Origin: Convolutriloba macropyga
Lineage: Eukaryota
Length of the DNA stretch: 64,000 nucleotides
Assembly: GCF_964194025.1 (NCBI RefSeq)
Contig: NC_134470.1
Span: 32,488,001-32,552,000, forward strand
Direction of reading: 5' to 3'
In this document: positions 49,293 through 62,996 of the stretch, piece by piece
How positions within the stretch are numbered: position 1 is the first letter of the stretch
Layout: each line of letters starts with the position of its first letter
Translations under genes and position numbers: made by a program
The notes under the pieces: model-generated
What the model was told of the DNA's origin: nothing
Databases searched by the model: none
Seen by the model: the letters and a program-made list of their open reading frames with translations, nothing else

Positions 49293-52029
49293 GTTCAGAC
49301 AAGGAGGCTCGGTGATGTGCGTTCGCACATAAAGTTCCGACCCCGCTCATCCACTTTATTGGCATAAATGTCTACCAAATGAGGAAACGTATCTTTCAAA
49401 AAGAAATGTGTATTAAAAAAAAAGATCGCCTGCAACGCAAATAACTCAGTGGAGTATAAATGTCGCATTAGATTGATGAGATCAACCATTATTAAGAAAG
49501 CAAGCCAACAATAACGACAAAATTAAACAACAATAACAACAAACATTAATTACATCCAAAACTTTATGTCCATTTAAAAAAAAACTTTTAAAAAGTCAAA
49601 TTAATGTCAGATAAAACTGAAACTAGAAAAACGTGAACTTTACTAGAAAAGATGTGGGACCACTCCATAAACAGGCTCAGTATCTAATTAGACTACAGAA
49701 AAAAAACTGGCCTATAAACTAGGAAACAATTAATTTTGAGGTAATGAAAACCATTAGATAGCAATTGAACACATCCAACAAGCTTATGATCGCAAACGCT
49801 TCCATAGGATTGCATTAAGAACTGTTATTATTCACCTTTTGCGGTTACAAAAAGAACACAAAATAGAGACAACAATCATAAATGCAATTAAAACTTGGGA
49901 GAAAACGCTGTCGAAGCCGTAAAGCCAGACTTTGCCACAAAAATTTGTTCAATTGAACCTTATTCGAATGCCAAAAAATCATGAAAATTAGTGCTCGATT
50001 ACCATTAAAAAATAGGAAGCAAGTAGACGAAAAAGAGAAAAACGGCAAAATTGAGTAATAGTTTTGTATTCTTCGAAAAAAAATTATTTTTAAATTCATG
50101 AAAGCTATTAGCTACAAAAAGACATAATTAATTAGTTTCGCTTATTGGTTTATTCGTCCAAAGAAAAAACACTTGAGACCTGTAAATAATCACAGTTTCT
50201 CTTACGTCTAGAAGAAGAACGTCAATTATAGACAAAATTCCAAAATTAGTTTACTTTTTTGCGAAAAACCCGTGTCGAAGCCAGTAAGTTTACCACAAAT
50301 TCTTTAAAAACATTAGATTTTGTACACTTACACCTTCCCTTTGGGAAAATAATTTCATATACGACCTGTTATTTACGGGACTGGGTAACAAAATGACAAA
50401 AAGAACAAAAATACGAAATTAATAAGTCTTTTTTAAAATTTTTTCAAAACTTTTTTTTCAAAGTTTTAAAAGCCATCAGCTATCTACCAAAATCAGAATA
50501 TTGACGCAATTACTCCCCCCTTGAAAGACAAAGAGACCTGTCATTATCCAGGAAAGTTCATACAATTAAAAAAGACAAAGTCAAAACTACAGTTAAAGAA
50601 AAATCTAAAAAAAAAAATCAAATGATTTCTTCGAGAAAGGGGTGTCGAAGCCGTTAAAAACAAAATACATGGCATTAAAAATTCTTCTATATTTAATTGT
50701 GCATATATTGAACTTCAATGCTGTAAAATGTGAACTTTCAATAATTAGATAATTTGACAAAACGAGAACAAAACGTGAAAAAATTGTCCAATGCCTAATA
50801 AGAAAAAAAAGGAAATCTAGTAGTATCAAAGCCAGAAAACCATAACTTAGCTTGTAAAACCGCAAGAGTGCTAAAGTTTCTTGAAATAGGAAGAGGAGGA
50901 AGAAGAAGCTTTCTTTCTTTGCTTACACTAAGCTACAAGTTGGCCAGATTAGAAGAAAAATCATGGCAAGATTCAATAAGCCATTTTTTATTTCTAACTA
51001 AAACATTTTTAAAAGTCAAAACAACCATAGTCTGTCGAGTAAGGAAACTATATAAAATAATTTGGAACTGCACAGGAAACCAAATGGACCTATTAACAGT
51101 GAGCTTTGATTTGAATTGTTCTGTCCGTTAATTATCATAAATAATCGATTTTTTTTCTTTCAAAAAAGACGGACTGATTATAATCTAAATCATTTTTGGA
51201 TTGTAACAACACACGATGGATCAAAACCAACCTTGCTAATGCTGTTCGTCCAGTGAGAACACTCAATTAATTCCAGTGTTTTAAATCTTGATAATTTGTT
51301 TGTTAAAAGTTCAAAAACAAATGCTGTGTTTTTGATATTCATATAGTTAAGTTAGCGAAAAACGACAAAAATGTAATTCCCGACTACTTTCAATGGAAGA
51401 AAAATTAGAACTTGCACCTTTTGTAGTTTACAGAGATGGTTTTGGTTGTTTTTGGTTGTGTAATTACGGCAAATTTGATCAAAGTGGACTAAGGAAGCTT
51501 ATTTTGGACAATTTTTGATGAAAAGATTGAACTTTGAAATATTTAGCCAACATATATAGTCAAAAAATTAAACCAAAATAGCAAACAAGAAATTGGTCTC
51601 TAAAAGTTAAATCAACAGTTCTTTGTTAACAATTTTGTACATATATTAGCAAAATTGATGAAATTTTAGGAAAAAATTCCGGAAAATTTGAATAAAAAAA
51701 CACACAAATCGGTCTAAAAACTTCAACCACGATAACTCGCTCTAGAAAACGAAATTTAAAAAAGTCTTTTTAATTCTATAATCTACGCTGGATGGGCTTT
51801 TTAATGATACCACTCACTACTGTCTACGATGAATATATCGATCGGTCAAAATTGTCCTATCAAAAAAAAACATTTGAGTATATAGTTCCTCCCCCCTCAA
51901 TAGGTGTCAGAACAAATTTTTGTTTCGATTGCTTAGTTTATTTTGTTTTTGAGAACCTTGGACATGACCGGATATTAAAGATGCCGAGACCGGATCTTGC
52001 TAGATTTTACAAGAAGACAAGATTTTAAC

Positions 52030-52590
52030 TAGACTCGGTAACTTCTTCTAAAAATGTAATGACCACTTTTTTGGAGCAAATTTTCCCGAAAATCAATTTA
52101 AGTTCCCATGTTTCTCCCAAAAGTTTTTTACTGAGAAAAGGTAAAATAAACATTAAGATTTATATGTGTCTGTAATAATCACTAACAATGATTTTTATGC
52201 AGGGATTTGAGCTACTCACGCTGAAAATCTTGATATTTCCGGTGAAAAGTTTCTGCGGGAAAATTATTTATGAAGTCTCAAGGGATTTCAGGATCATCCA
52301 AACTTCTGGCGAAAAAACTGGAGAAAAACAACACCTCCAATAGTTTTTCGGGCAAATGAATGTTTTCGAGGAAGCTGATACGTAATAGGGTAGGATACGA
52401 GTGAGGAGAAGGGATCTAGAAAAACTAAACACGCTTCCTTCCATTAAAAACTAAGTGACTTTCCTTGGTGTCAGAAAGTGAATTTTTGTTTTACTACAAT
52501 TTTATTGTGAATGAGGCAACAACAGCAAGAAAAAATTTGATGCAGCATGAATAGGGTTTCCCATCAAATTAAAACTGAGAAAAACTGTTC
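52030..52590 (+). repeat. Dispersed repeat; direct copy at ~53840-54390
   Basis: Shared TTTTCGAGGAAGCTGATACGTAA, CTAAGTGACTTTCCTTG and CCCATCAAATTAAAACTGAGAAAA. Confidence 0.8.
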
Positions 52591-55500
52591 TAAAAAATTT
52601 GAAAACTAGATTTTAATTAGCCTTTTTACTTTTTAAATTATTTATTTTCTGCTGTTGTCAACTGTATTCCCCTTCAAAAGTGAGAACTTCTTTTATTGGT
52701 TGTCAATAGTTGCCAAATGTTATTTTTTGAACCTCTCTCTTTCTCTCACTTGCACGAAACTTGTTCTCCGATCAATTATTCTAAAACACTTATTCTGCTC
52801 CCCAAATTTATTAATATAAGAAATCCATTACACGTTTTGGTGGAAAGGGCAAAGAGCCACGAAACTTGTGTTCGTTTTTTTTTTCATTAGTCTCAATACT
52901 GTGACAAAACTGCAGAAATTGTGAGGGACAAGGAAATTCCTATGGAATTATTTTAAAAAATAGTTTCTGTGGAAAGATTTTAAAAAATGTTCTAATGAAA
53001 TAAAAATTAATCCTTCCAAAATGAGTTTTTTAAAAGTGTGTGATCCAAATAAAAGTATGATGAGCTTTGAGAAACTGCCACTTTAGTCAAAAATAACTTC
53101 CGCTGTCTTTCATATACGGATTTCAGGACTGTCAGTAATTCGATTCCGACAGTTTCTTGCAGGTTCAGCTTGCATGTTGCATGTTCCGATAAAAACGAAT
53201 TTTTAGTGGTCTTTACAATATCTAATTTTTTGCATTGCAAGCAACGGAGGGTAATCCAATTAAGACTTTGTTTTCTTTTAAACTGTCAAAATTGTCTTTC
53301 CAATTTTTGTCTTTCATAAATTGTTTCCATTTTTATGAGAGAAATCGCTTCTGTTTTTAAACCCTATTAGCAAATAAGTATCTCCAATGAATTCAAGAAA
53401 ACCAAGTGTTTTATTTTTTAATTCAATAAAACTAGTGCGCTATATTTAAAAAATCTTAATTGTCCAAATTGCTAAGATTTACTTCAGATTTGAGTTTTTT
53501 TTGTTCAGTTGCACTTGGAAGCAAAATTCTCGAAGGCGTCACTATTCAATCAACAGCATCTCAAAAATACAACTCACAAAGAACAACTAAGAAACTATGT
53601 AAAGAGGACAGCTTGATGAGTGTCGTGAAGTTCGGACTAAGCTGACCTCACAATTCAATAAATTTGTTTCGACTGCTTTTATATTTTTTTGGAGATCCCT
53701 GGATCAGCCCGAATAGTAAAAATGCCGAGACTTAATGTTAAAGAAAGTATCTCTTGCAAAAGATTGAAAGTCTTTCAAGATCTTACAAGTAGATTTTAAT
53801 CTTGCAAAATTTTTTAGGATTCTTGCAAGATTGACTTCATAACTAGACTAGTAACTTCTTCTTCTCAAAATGTAAAAACCAGTTTTTTGGAACGAATGTT
53901 CCCAGGAATCGATGTATGTTCAAATTTGTCTCCCAAATTTTTCTACGGAGAATGTAAAAAAAACATTGAGAATTATATGTGGCTGTATTAATCACTAATT
54001 TTTTTACGCTGGTTATTGGGCTACTTACGATGGAAAACTTAATATTCCGGTGCAAAATATCTGCGAGAAATTTATTTGAGACTTCCCAGTAGGATATCAA
54101 GACCAACCAAATTCTGGCGAAAAAACTGAAAAAACAAAAGTTACCCTAAACTTTCGGGAAAATGAAAGTTTTCGAGGAAGCTGATACGTAAAAGTGTACG
54201 ATAGGAGTGAGGAGAAACGATCTAGAAAAACTAAACACACTTCCTTCCCTTAACAACTAAGTGACTTTCCTTGATGTCAGAAAGTGGATTTATGTGTTAC
54301 TGCAATTTTTTTTGTGAATGAGGCAAAAACAGCAAGAAAAAATTTGATGCAGCGCGAATATTGTTTCCCATCAAATTAAAACTGAGAAAACAATGGTTGT
54401 TATTAAATAAAGCAAATTTTCTAAACGATATATTCCAATTTTTTAGTCTGAAATTTTTTTGCTATTGTCAGTCTTCAATAGTCTTTGGCAGTGATTTGAT
54501 GTATCTTTTATGTGATTTGATAACTTGTAAACAACTAGTTATCAAGTTTTCAGAAATTATCAGTTACTTCTTTATACCTCACATTCCGAAATTATGATCC
54601 ACAATTGCTCTTGCTCTGAACCAAAGCAATTTTAAAAGAACCTTTACGAGACAAAATAGTTTGGCAAGGTTCGTTTAATTTTTTTGGACGAAAATTAACT
54701 GTTTTTATTTTCTGGCATGAAAATGCAAAAATGCAGTAAATTTTGATTGAATTTCATTATCAATTGTTGGTTTTTCAACCAGTCTGCCTCGGCCAACAAA
54801 ATACCATAGTGTCGTCAGCCAGTTTATTCGCATTATAAACATTGTTTAAAAAAATGCTCTTAGCAACGAGTATTGTTCATTTGAATATAATGGTTCAAGA
54901 ATTATTTTTAAATTATATTGAAAATTAAGACAGTTTAAAACATTAGGCTTATTTAGTTATTAATTGACAAGAACTTCATGGGCTCCTTTAGTTTTTCAGG
55001 AACTGTTGCAACTCATATTACGAAAACCCGGACTCGAGCAAAAAAAGCACGAGAAGTTCCTTGATTACGAATTGTTTGTTCATTGGGCTATGAATCATAT
55101 TTGTCAATAACGGAACCTACATATGAAAAAAGGCGAGTCTCCAGTCGACTCAAGAAAACAAAAAAAATATGAAAAATTTTCTTTGAAAAAACTCTCAAAT
55201 AGAGGTCGAATTTTTTTGATTGTAAACTTCCTTATGAGACCAGATCTCGTCTTTTTTATTGGCTTTCCTCTATTAGGAACTCAAAATTGATTCGTTTTGT
55301 GGCATGAAATCTAATTTTGAGCTAATATTTTAATAAAAAAGATCTTAATTTGAAGAAAAATTACACTTAAACTGAACAAAATCATGTCAAATATCCCGTG
55401 TTCACACAAAACTTCAGTCCTCGATAACTCCTAGAAAAAAATAAAATTCAAAAATAATCTTTTTAGTCTGAATTGTACGCTGGAAGAGCTTTTCAATGAT

Positions 55501-58500
55501 ACCATTCAAATTCCTCTACGATGAATATATCGATCGGCCAAAAGTGTCTGAACAAAAAAAACCATTTGAGTATATAGATCCCCCCCCACAATTGGAGTCG
55601 GAACAATTACCTATTAAACATTTGTTCTTGACCTCTCTATTGCTCAAGATAGTGTATTTAGTTTGCCTGAGTATTTTGAGTGAGATTAATATTCACATCT
55701 GTTGTTCTGCGGCTGGGTTGTGTGGCTGTGTCACATTTATTCTAAAATTCCATTATTATGCAACAAAAATTTTGCTCCCCAAATTTATTAACCTAAAAAA
55801 TCCATTACGTGCGGAAATTAGCAAAAAGCCGCAAAAGTCAGATTCGTTGATTTTATTAATCACAATACTGTGACAAAACTGTGCAAATATTTTGAGGGAA
55901 AAGGGAATTACAGAGAAATTTATTTTTAAAAAAATTGGAGAAAAAGACCCTCATTAAGGACTTCGATTAATTATTATTTACGGCTCTTAGCCAAGAGTAC
56001 TTCTCATTTGAAAATAGTGGTTCAAAAGTTATTTTTCAATCAAATCGAAAAGTAAGATAGTTTTAAACATTAAACTTAGTTGTTTATTCAATGACAAGAA
56101 CTTCATTGGCTCTTTTCATAATTTTTCAGGACCTGTTGCAACTCATATAAATACAAGTTTTCTGCACTGTTTACAGATGCCACTAAGGTCAATACTCGTA
56201 TCTGTTGGTAATTGCTATCTCGTTTGTGATTGCATTGGTTTGTTAACTCGTTTGCATATTAAAAAAAGATCAAAAAGATCTGGACAAACCTGGTCGAATT
56301 CGAGCGGTTAACTTGTAAATTTCTCATAGCACCGCCTTGCAACGCTTTGTAAGTTTTTCTTCCAAACATTGCAAGTTTTTTTTAATTTAACCATTCAACT
56401 TGTAATTTCTTATAAATTAATCATTCGACTTAAAAGCTCTTACAAGTTAACAATTCGACTTACAAGTTCTTAGAAGGAAACCATTCGAGTTATTAGGTTC
56501 ATGAAAATTAACCATCCTACTCATCGGGTTCTTACAACTTTAACATTCGGGACAAATAATGTTCTTTCATAAGTTCTTAGGGTATGAGTTGATATACGAT
56601 AACAATTCTGCTTTATTGTAGCAAAACCAAAAAAAAAGTTGCAAGTTACAAATGCAAACAGATGTTTAAAAACATAGGATCAGGAGCATTGCGAATTACA
56701 CTTATGAAAAAAACGGTATAAAAACTGAATGGTCAGTAAACTATTTCGAGAAAAAGCTGACATATAAAAATTTGAAAATCAAATCAAAGCAAAAAGGGTA
56801 AAACTATATAAAATTTGAAGAATTTTTTGAGCATGCAAGCGTGAAGAAGCTATTTGACATCTTTTAATTATGAATTGAACTACAAAAGGACATCCTGAGC
56901 TCAAAAAATTAAATATATGCTGATGAAGCTGATTAGCTGATCTTCTCTTATAGGTTTTGAAAATCTGATTCTACGTTGTTCGTTTTATTTGTAATGTTCT
57001 TAATTTGCCTTCGTTTTCCTACATCGGTGGTTTATTTTAAATGAGGAGGTGAACAACAAGGAGGCTCGTTAATGTGCGTTCAAGATGTTTCGATCCGCGC
57101 TCATCTAAATTTTTGACTTAACTGTCTTTTGACTTAAAATTTTGACAAATAGATAATCAAAAATAGGTGTTTGAGTCTAAAAAAATCGTTACAGAACCAA
57201 ACTAATTATTGACTTTACCTAGTCTCATATAATAAGATTTGTTAACAAGTCGACAAAAGGAAAAATTTATGAGCCGAAATTCAACAATCAATCAACATTT
57301 TTTGAACTAAATAATTTCAAAAGTCTTTAAAATCATTAGCTTCGAAAAAAATAGATTTACAAAAAGTGGCAATGAAACCAATAGGACCTGTCGTTGGTTA
57401 GACTAAGCTATAGGAATGGACTGAAGATGCAGAAAAACTTGAATAATTACGAACAACAAATTACAAACATTGCGAAAACACAAATAAGTGAAGCCATTAA
57501 AAACATTAGCTGTTATCTGAGTTTTAGTTATTTTTATTTCAATTTCTAATTATACTAATTCAGCTAACATTATACTGAATTAATCATTAAGTTCAATTGG
57601 GCTACCAGTGGTGGTCAATGGGTTCTGTTATTACGCGATTGTGCACAAAAAAAAAGAAACAAAATACACCAATCACATAACTTTTTATGAAAACGCATAT
57701 TGTCCGACTAATAAAACATCAGTTACGCCATAATATCAGTGAACATGTTAAATTTTACAATACAAGGAATTGTTTGGATCTCTCAATGTTGAGAATGAGT
57801 TACAATTTGACGAAAAGAACAACAAAAACTGAAAAAATTGAAAAATCATTAAAAAGCATAATAATTTGAGCATCACAAATTTTAAGACTATTCGCTATAA
57901 ACCGACAGCTCCGGGTAACATCAGTCATTCAATCTTCAATTAAACGCTTATGAGACGGGTCATCATTTAACGGCTACATAGAGAAAAAAATAAAAAATTT
58001 CTACTTTTAATTATTTTTTAACTGCAATGAAGTTCTTATTTTTAACAATTTGACTCCAATATATCATCAAACATGAACAAATACATTAAAACCACAAATT
58101 TTTTGAGAAAACCTGTAGTATCAATGCCATTAAATTCAACAGCCTGCCACGGAAGCTAATAAATGCGCGAAGTTATGCTTCAAGAAAACAAAAAGTGTGC
58201 CATTCATTTGACATCAATGAGGCATTACAATAAGTCATTGACTATGAAAACAACGACAAATATAGGCAAAAATCAAATATTTAGTAGAAAAGGGCGAGAA
58301 ATATCGGAGCCATTTAAACCATAAACTCTCCTCTGAAAATTGTATCTATGATCCATTAAACGTCTTTTCTAACTCACTGCAACCGTTAAAATTAGAAAAA
58401 TGTGTTAGAATTCCAAAGGGAACCAAAAAAATCCGAAAAAACATATAAATATATATTCTTTTAATTATGAAAACTCATGCATCAAAATCATAACACCAAT

Positions 58501-59342
58501 AGTTAGAAAGATAAAACCGCTAACTAGATTAATTTTGTTGAAATAGAAAAGACTGGATCCGGTCATAAGTGAGAGGGTCATCTTACAGTTCACGAAACTA
58601 AGTTTACGATTGATTAGTTTTCAAAGATGAAATTTCGAAAAATTATTTTTAAAGACATGACTGACATTAAATTCAATAGCTTTCAAGGGAAGTCGACAAA
58701 TAATCTAAGTTATGCCTTGATTGAAAGAAAAAAATAGTCATGCATAGGTTATTGATTAGACATCGCAATAATTCCTATGACTATGGAAACAACAACAACA
58801 ATTATAGGCAATAATCAAAAATTCAATAGTAAAGTGCGAGAAGAAAGTGTGGAACTATGTACTTTTTTCTGAAAACTTTAACCTTGATCCACTGAACGTC
58901 TTCTCTAAGCCAATGGGAGGTATCCATATCAGGTTAATGTGGTAAGATTTCAGGGGAAACCAAATACACGAAAATATCAAAACAATTTTTTTTTATTTTT
59001 GACATCTTATGAATTGAAGTCATATTTTTCTTTAACAAGTAGTTAGAAGATAAGACCGCTAAACAGAATAATGTTGGAAGCAGTAGAAAGGAATGATGTC
59101 CTTTCTTCACTGAGACTGCCTTACAATTCACAAAAATATGTTTACGTTCGGTTAATGTTAAAAAATGTCCCGAAATTCAATTTTAAAGTCTTAACAGCCA
59201 TTAGCAGTCCACTCAAAGCAGACAACCTATGCCAGAGGACTCCAAAAAACCTCAAAACAAAATCAAAAACTCATTTAAAATTTTGCCATAGGACTCCAAA
59301 AAAACCTCAAAAAGGAAATCAAAAATTCATTTAAAATAAACG

Positions 59343-61665
59343 GAATCGAGCCAAAAAAACACGATCAATTCCTTGAATACAATTTTTTTGTTTTTGAGCT
59401 ATGAATCAGATTTGTCAATAATGGAACCTAGATATGAAAAAAGACGAGAGTTCGAATTTTTTTAATGTAAACTTCCTTATGAGACCAGAACTCGTCCTTT
59501 TGATTGGCTTTCCTCTATTAGGAACTCAAAATTGATTCGTTTTGTGGCAAGAAATGTACTTTTGAACTTAAATTTTAATAAAAAAAGATCTTGATTCGAA
59601 GAAAAATTACACTTAAAGTGAACAAAATCAAGCCAAATATAACGTGTTCACACAAAATTCCAGTCCTCGATAACTCCTCGAAAAAAATGAAATTCAAAAA
59701 TAATCTTTTTTGTCTGAATTCTACGCTAGAAGAGCTTTTCAATGATACCACTCACATCTCTCTACGATGAATTTATCGATCGGCCAAAATTGTCTGAAGA
59801 AAAAAAACGTTTGAGTTTATAGATTCCCCCCCCCCCCCCACAAGTGGGGTCGGAACAATTACCTATTGAACATTAAATTTGTTCTTGACCTCTCTATTGC
59901 TCATTATAGTGTATTTAGTTTGCCTGAGTATTTTGAGTGAGATCAATATTCACATCTGTTGTTGTGCGGCTAAATTGTGTGGCTGTGTCACAACCATTTG
60001 ATTTTACAGATCCCCCACAAGTGGGGTCGGAACAATTACTTATTGAACATTAAATTTGTTTCTTCTGGAGCTCTCTTTTGCTCAAGATAGTGTATTTAGT
60101 TTGTCAGAATATTGTGAGTGGGATTACATTTCATATCAGTTGATGTGCGGCTGGGTCTTCAAGCTTTATTGCTCGAATCTGAAAAAAAAAACATTTTTTC
60201 AGTTTTAGACGATGAGATCTGCAATAATTTTTGATTTTGAGAAAATATATATTCTAGGAGCAATATAACTGCTTTCATTAATTTTCATATAGTGTCCATG
60301 ATCTTTTTAATGAAACTTGGCTCGTTTCATGAAAAAAAATTGCTTTATCAAATTAAGAGCTGATTTTGGGGAAATATTTTAACCGAATGAACTGAAGACT
60401 CATGTATTGGCTAGACTCAAGGGTTCCATTTCACAAATTGCATCGCGTTTAGGATTATAATCTCCCTATTGTTTCTTATCGTTCTTTCTAGTTAGACAAA
60501 GTAAATAAAGAATCGAGCCAAAAAAACACGAGCAATTCCTTGAATACGATTTTTTTGTTTTTGGGCTATCAATCAGATTTGTCAATAATGGAACCTAGAT
60601 ATGAACAAAGACGAGAGTTCGAATTTTTTTACTGTAAATTTCCCTATGAGACCAGAACTTGTCTTTTTTTGGCTTTCCTCTATTAGGAACTCAAAATTGT
60701 TTCGTTTTGTGGCAAAAAATGAACTTTGAACTTAAATTTTAATAAAAAAAGATTTTAATTCGAAGAAAAAGTACACTTAAAGTGAACAAAATCATGCCAA
60801 ATATACCGTGTTCACACAAAATTCCAGTCCTCGATAACTCCTCGAAAAAATGAAATTCAAAAATAATCTTTTTAGTCTGAATTCTACGCTGTAAGAGCTT
60901 TTCAATGATACCACTCACATTTCTCTACGATGAATATATCGATCGGCCAAAATTGTCTGAACAAAAAAAAACGATTGAGTTTATAGATTCCCCCCCCACA
61001 AGTGGGGTCGGAACAATTACCTATTGAACAGTAAATTTGTTCTTGACCTCTCTATTGCTCATTATAGTGTATTTAGTTTGCCTGAGTATTTTGAGTGAGA
61101 TTAATATTCACATCTGTTGTTGTGCGGCTGAGTTGTGTGGCTGTGTCACAACCATTTGATTTTACAGATCCCCCCACAAGTGGGGTCGGAACAATTACTT
61201 ATTGAACATTAAATTTGTTTCTTCTGGAGCTCTCTTTTGCTCAAGATACTGTATTTAGTTTGTCAGAATATTTTGAGTGAGATTACATTTCATATCAGTT
61301 GTTGTGCGGCTGGGTCTTCAAGCTTTATTGCTCGAATCTGAAAACAAAAACATTTTTTCAGTTTTAGACGATGAGATCTGCAATACTTTTTGATTTTGAG
61401 AAAATATATATTCTAGGAGCAATTTAACTGCTTTCATTAATTTTCATATAGTGTCCATGATCTTTTTAATGAAACTTGGTTCGTTTCATGAAAAAAATTT
61501 GCTTTATCAAATTAAGAGCTGATTTTGGGGAAATATTTTAATTGAATGAACTGAAGACTCATGTATTGGCTAGACTCAAGGATTCCATTTCACATATTGC
61601 ATCGCGTTCAGGATCATAATCTCCCTATTGTTTCTTATCGTTCTTTCTAGTTAGACAAAGTAAAT
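59343..61665 (+). repeat. Tandem duplication, ~1165-bp unit x2; partial older copies at ~55030-55735 and ~51720-51915
   Basis: Units start GAATCGAGCCAAAAAAACACG at 59343 and 60510 and end GTTAGACAAAGTAAAT; each contains CCCCACAAGTGGGG hairpin ends. Confidence 0.9.
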
Positions 61666-62608
61666 GAAGAAGAGTTAACTCCTTTTTGTTTCTGCAATAT
61701 TTTCCAAAGACATCGATAAGAGTTATCAACTTACAACATTCACAACCCAAAAGAATTGTTACAACCAAAACAATAATAAAACAAAAAAAGATATATAATC
61801 ACTAGCTTTTGCGTCTCCAGTCCGGCAGGTGAAGCAATTTCTTGTTGACTTTCTGCTGATTTTCGAAAAATTTCCTTTTCTTAACACTTTAAAATCAACT
61901 GCCAAACTAATTGGATACCTGTTTGTAGCTGGTCTGTTAGTGGAACGTTTTTGGCGTATTCTTTGGTATTATTTTGAAAAACAATTGGTCGGGCATTTTG
62001 CTTAATAAAATTTTTGATTCTACGACCAGACTAAAGTTAGAAGTATCTTATATCAATATCATGCTTTTTTGTTTAAAAAGCTGTTTGTTTTTTGGATGTC
62101 GAGCGAGAACAAAAATTTTAAACTTATTCAGCAACTTGAACATCACCTCTTTTGATGAAGAAACGAAAAAAAAACAATTCGAGATAAATGTTTGCTGTGA
62201 TTAACAGCCGTTTTCTTTTATTATTTTTTAATCTAAAATTTCTACCCAGTGCATTGGTTCCCGGAAATGTTAATAAGATCCCGGATTTCTTTCCGCTATG
62301 ATGGAAGAAATTCATGGGGATGATCCTGGGAAATTACCGTGAAATTTGTCGGGAATTTCAAGATGTGCCAAGGTAGAGCAAGATCCCGTCTTTCCCGTCG
62401 GGAAATCTGGGAAATGTAAGATTCCTGACAGGAAAACCGGGGAAAATGAAAACCTAGCGGAGTTTTCGAGATTATCTGCCGGGCTCTTACTGGGAAAACT
62501 GGGAAGTTCAGAATTCCGTCAGTAGTTCCTGGAATAAGCTGCGGGGATCTTACCGGGAAACAAAACGGAACTTTAAAAATATTTTGTTTAATATCATTTT
62601 TTTTTCAG

Positions 62609-62647
62609 AACCAACGACAAGAGCACAGCTCCTGATGCGTCTGCGAA
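62609..62647 (+). CDS. Host receptor gene, exon e (39-nt juxtamembrane exon)
   Basis: Strong poly-T cag acceptor and gtaagt donor; phase 2-2, open in frame with the TM exon. Confidence 0.75.
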
Positions 62648-62740
62648 GTAAGTTTGTTTTTCAGGAAAGTTACTGCGTGTAATTTGTAGCTTTTCAGAGT
62701 GATCATTGTTTTCTTTCGGCTAATTCACTTACGATTTTAG

Positions 62741-62996
62741 GTATAATTCTCGACCAGCAAAGCCCAATGTAAACATCACAACAAACAAACCCGACATAAA
62801 GGATACGTATGTTAACGAAGATCAAAGTCCTTATAATGCAAACCAATATGACGCTTTGAATCCCGATTACGAACCTCCTGGAACTGGTTTTTGTCATAAG
62901 GAAAATAATGTTGAACAAAGAGAATCAAGAGTGGCAGCTAGTTACAATGAATCAGTTCCAAACGCCTACTTAAAATTTGGGCAATATATGGAGTAA
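62741..62996 (+). CDS. Host receptor gene, last coding exon (tyrosine-motif cytoplasmic tail)
   Basis: ttttag acceptor, phase 2; KYNSRP...TYVNEDQSPYNANQYDALNPDYEPP...YLKFGQYME*; TAA at 62994-62996. Confidence 0.75.

Noticed and set aside
52900-53652. Solo LTR (TGTGA...TCACA)
   Set aside because: No TSD, and homology to other copies extends beyond the putative ends.
9333-62996. Receptor tyrosine phosphatase or kinase assignment for the host gene
   Set aside because: The reconstructed tail ends at TAA 62994-62996 with no catalytic motifs; no gene symbol is justified.
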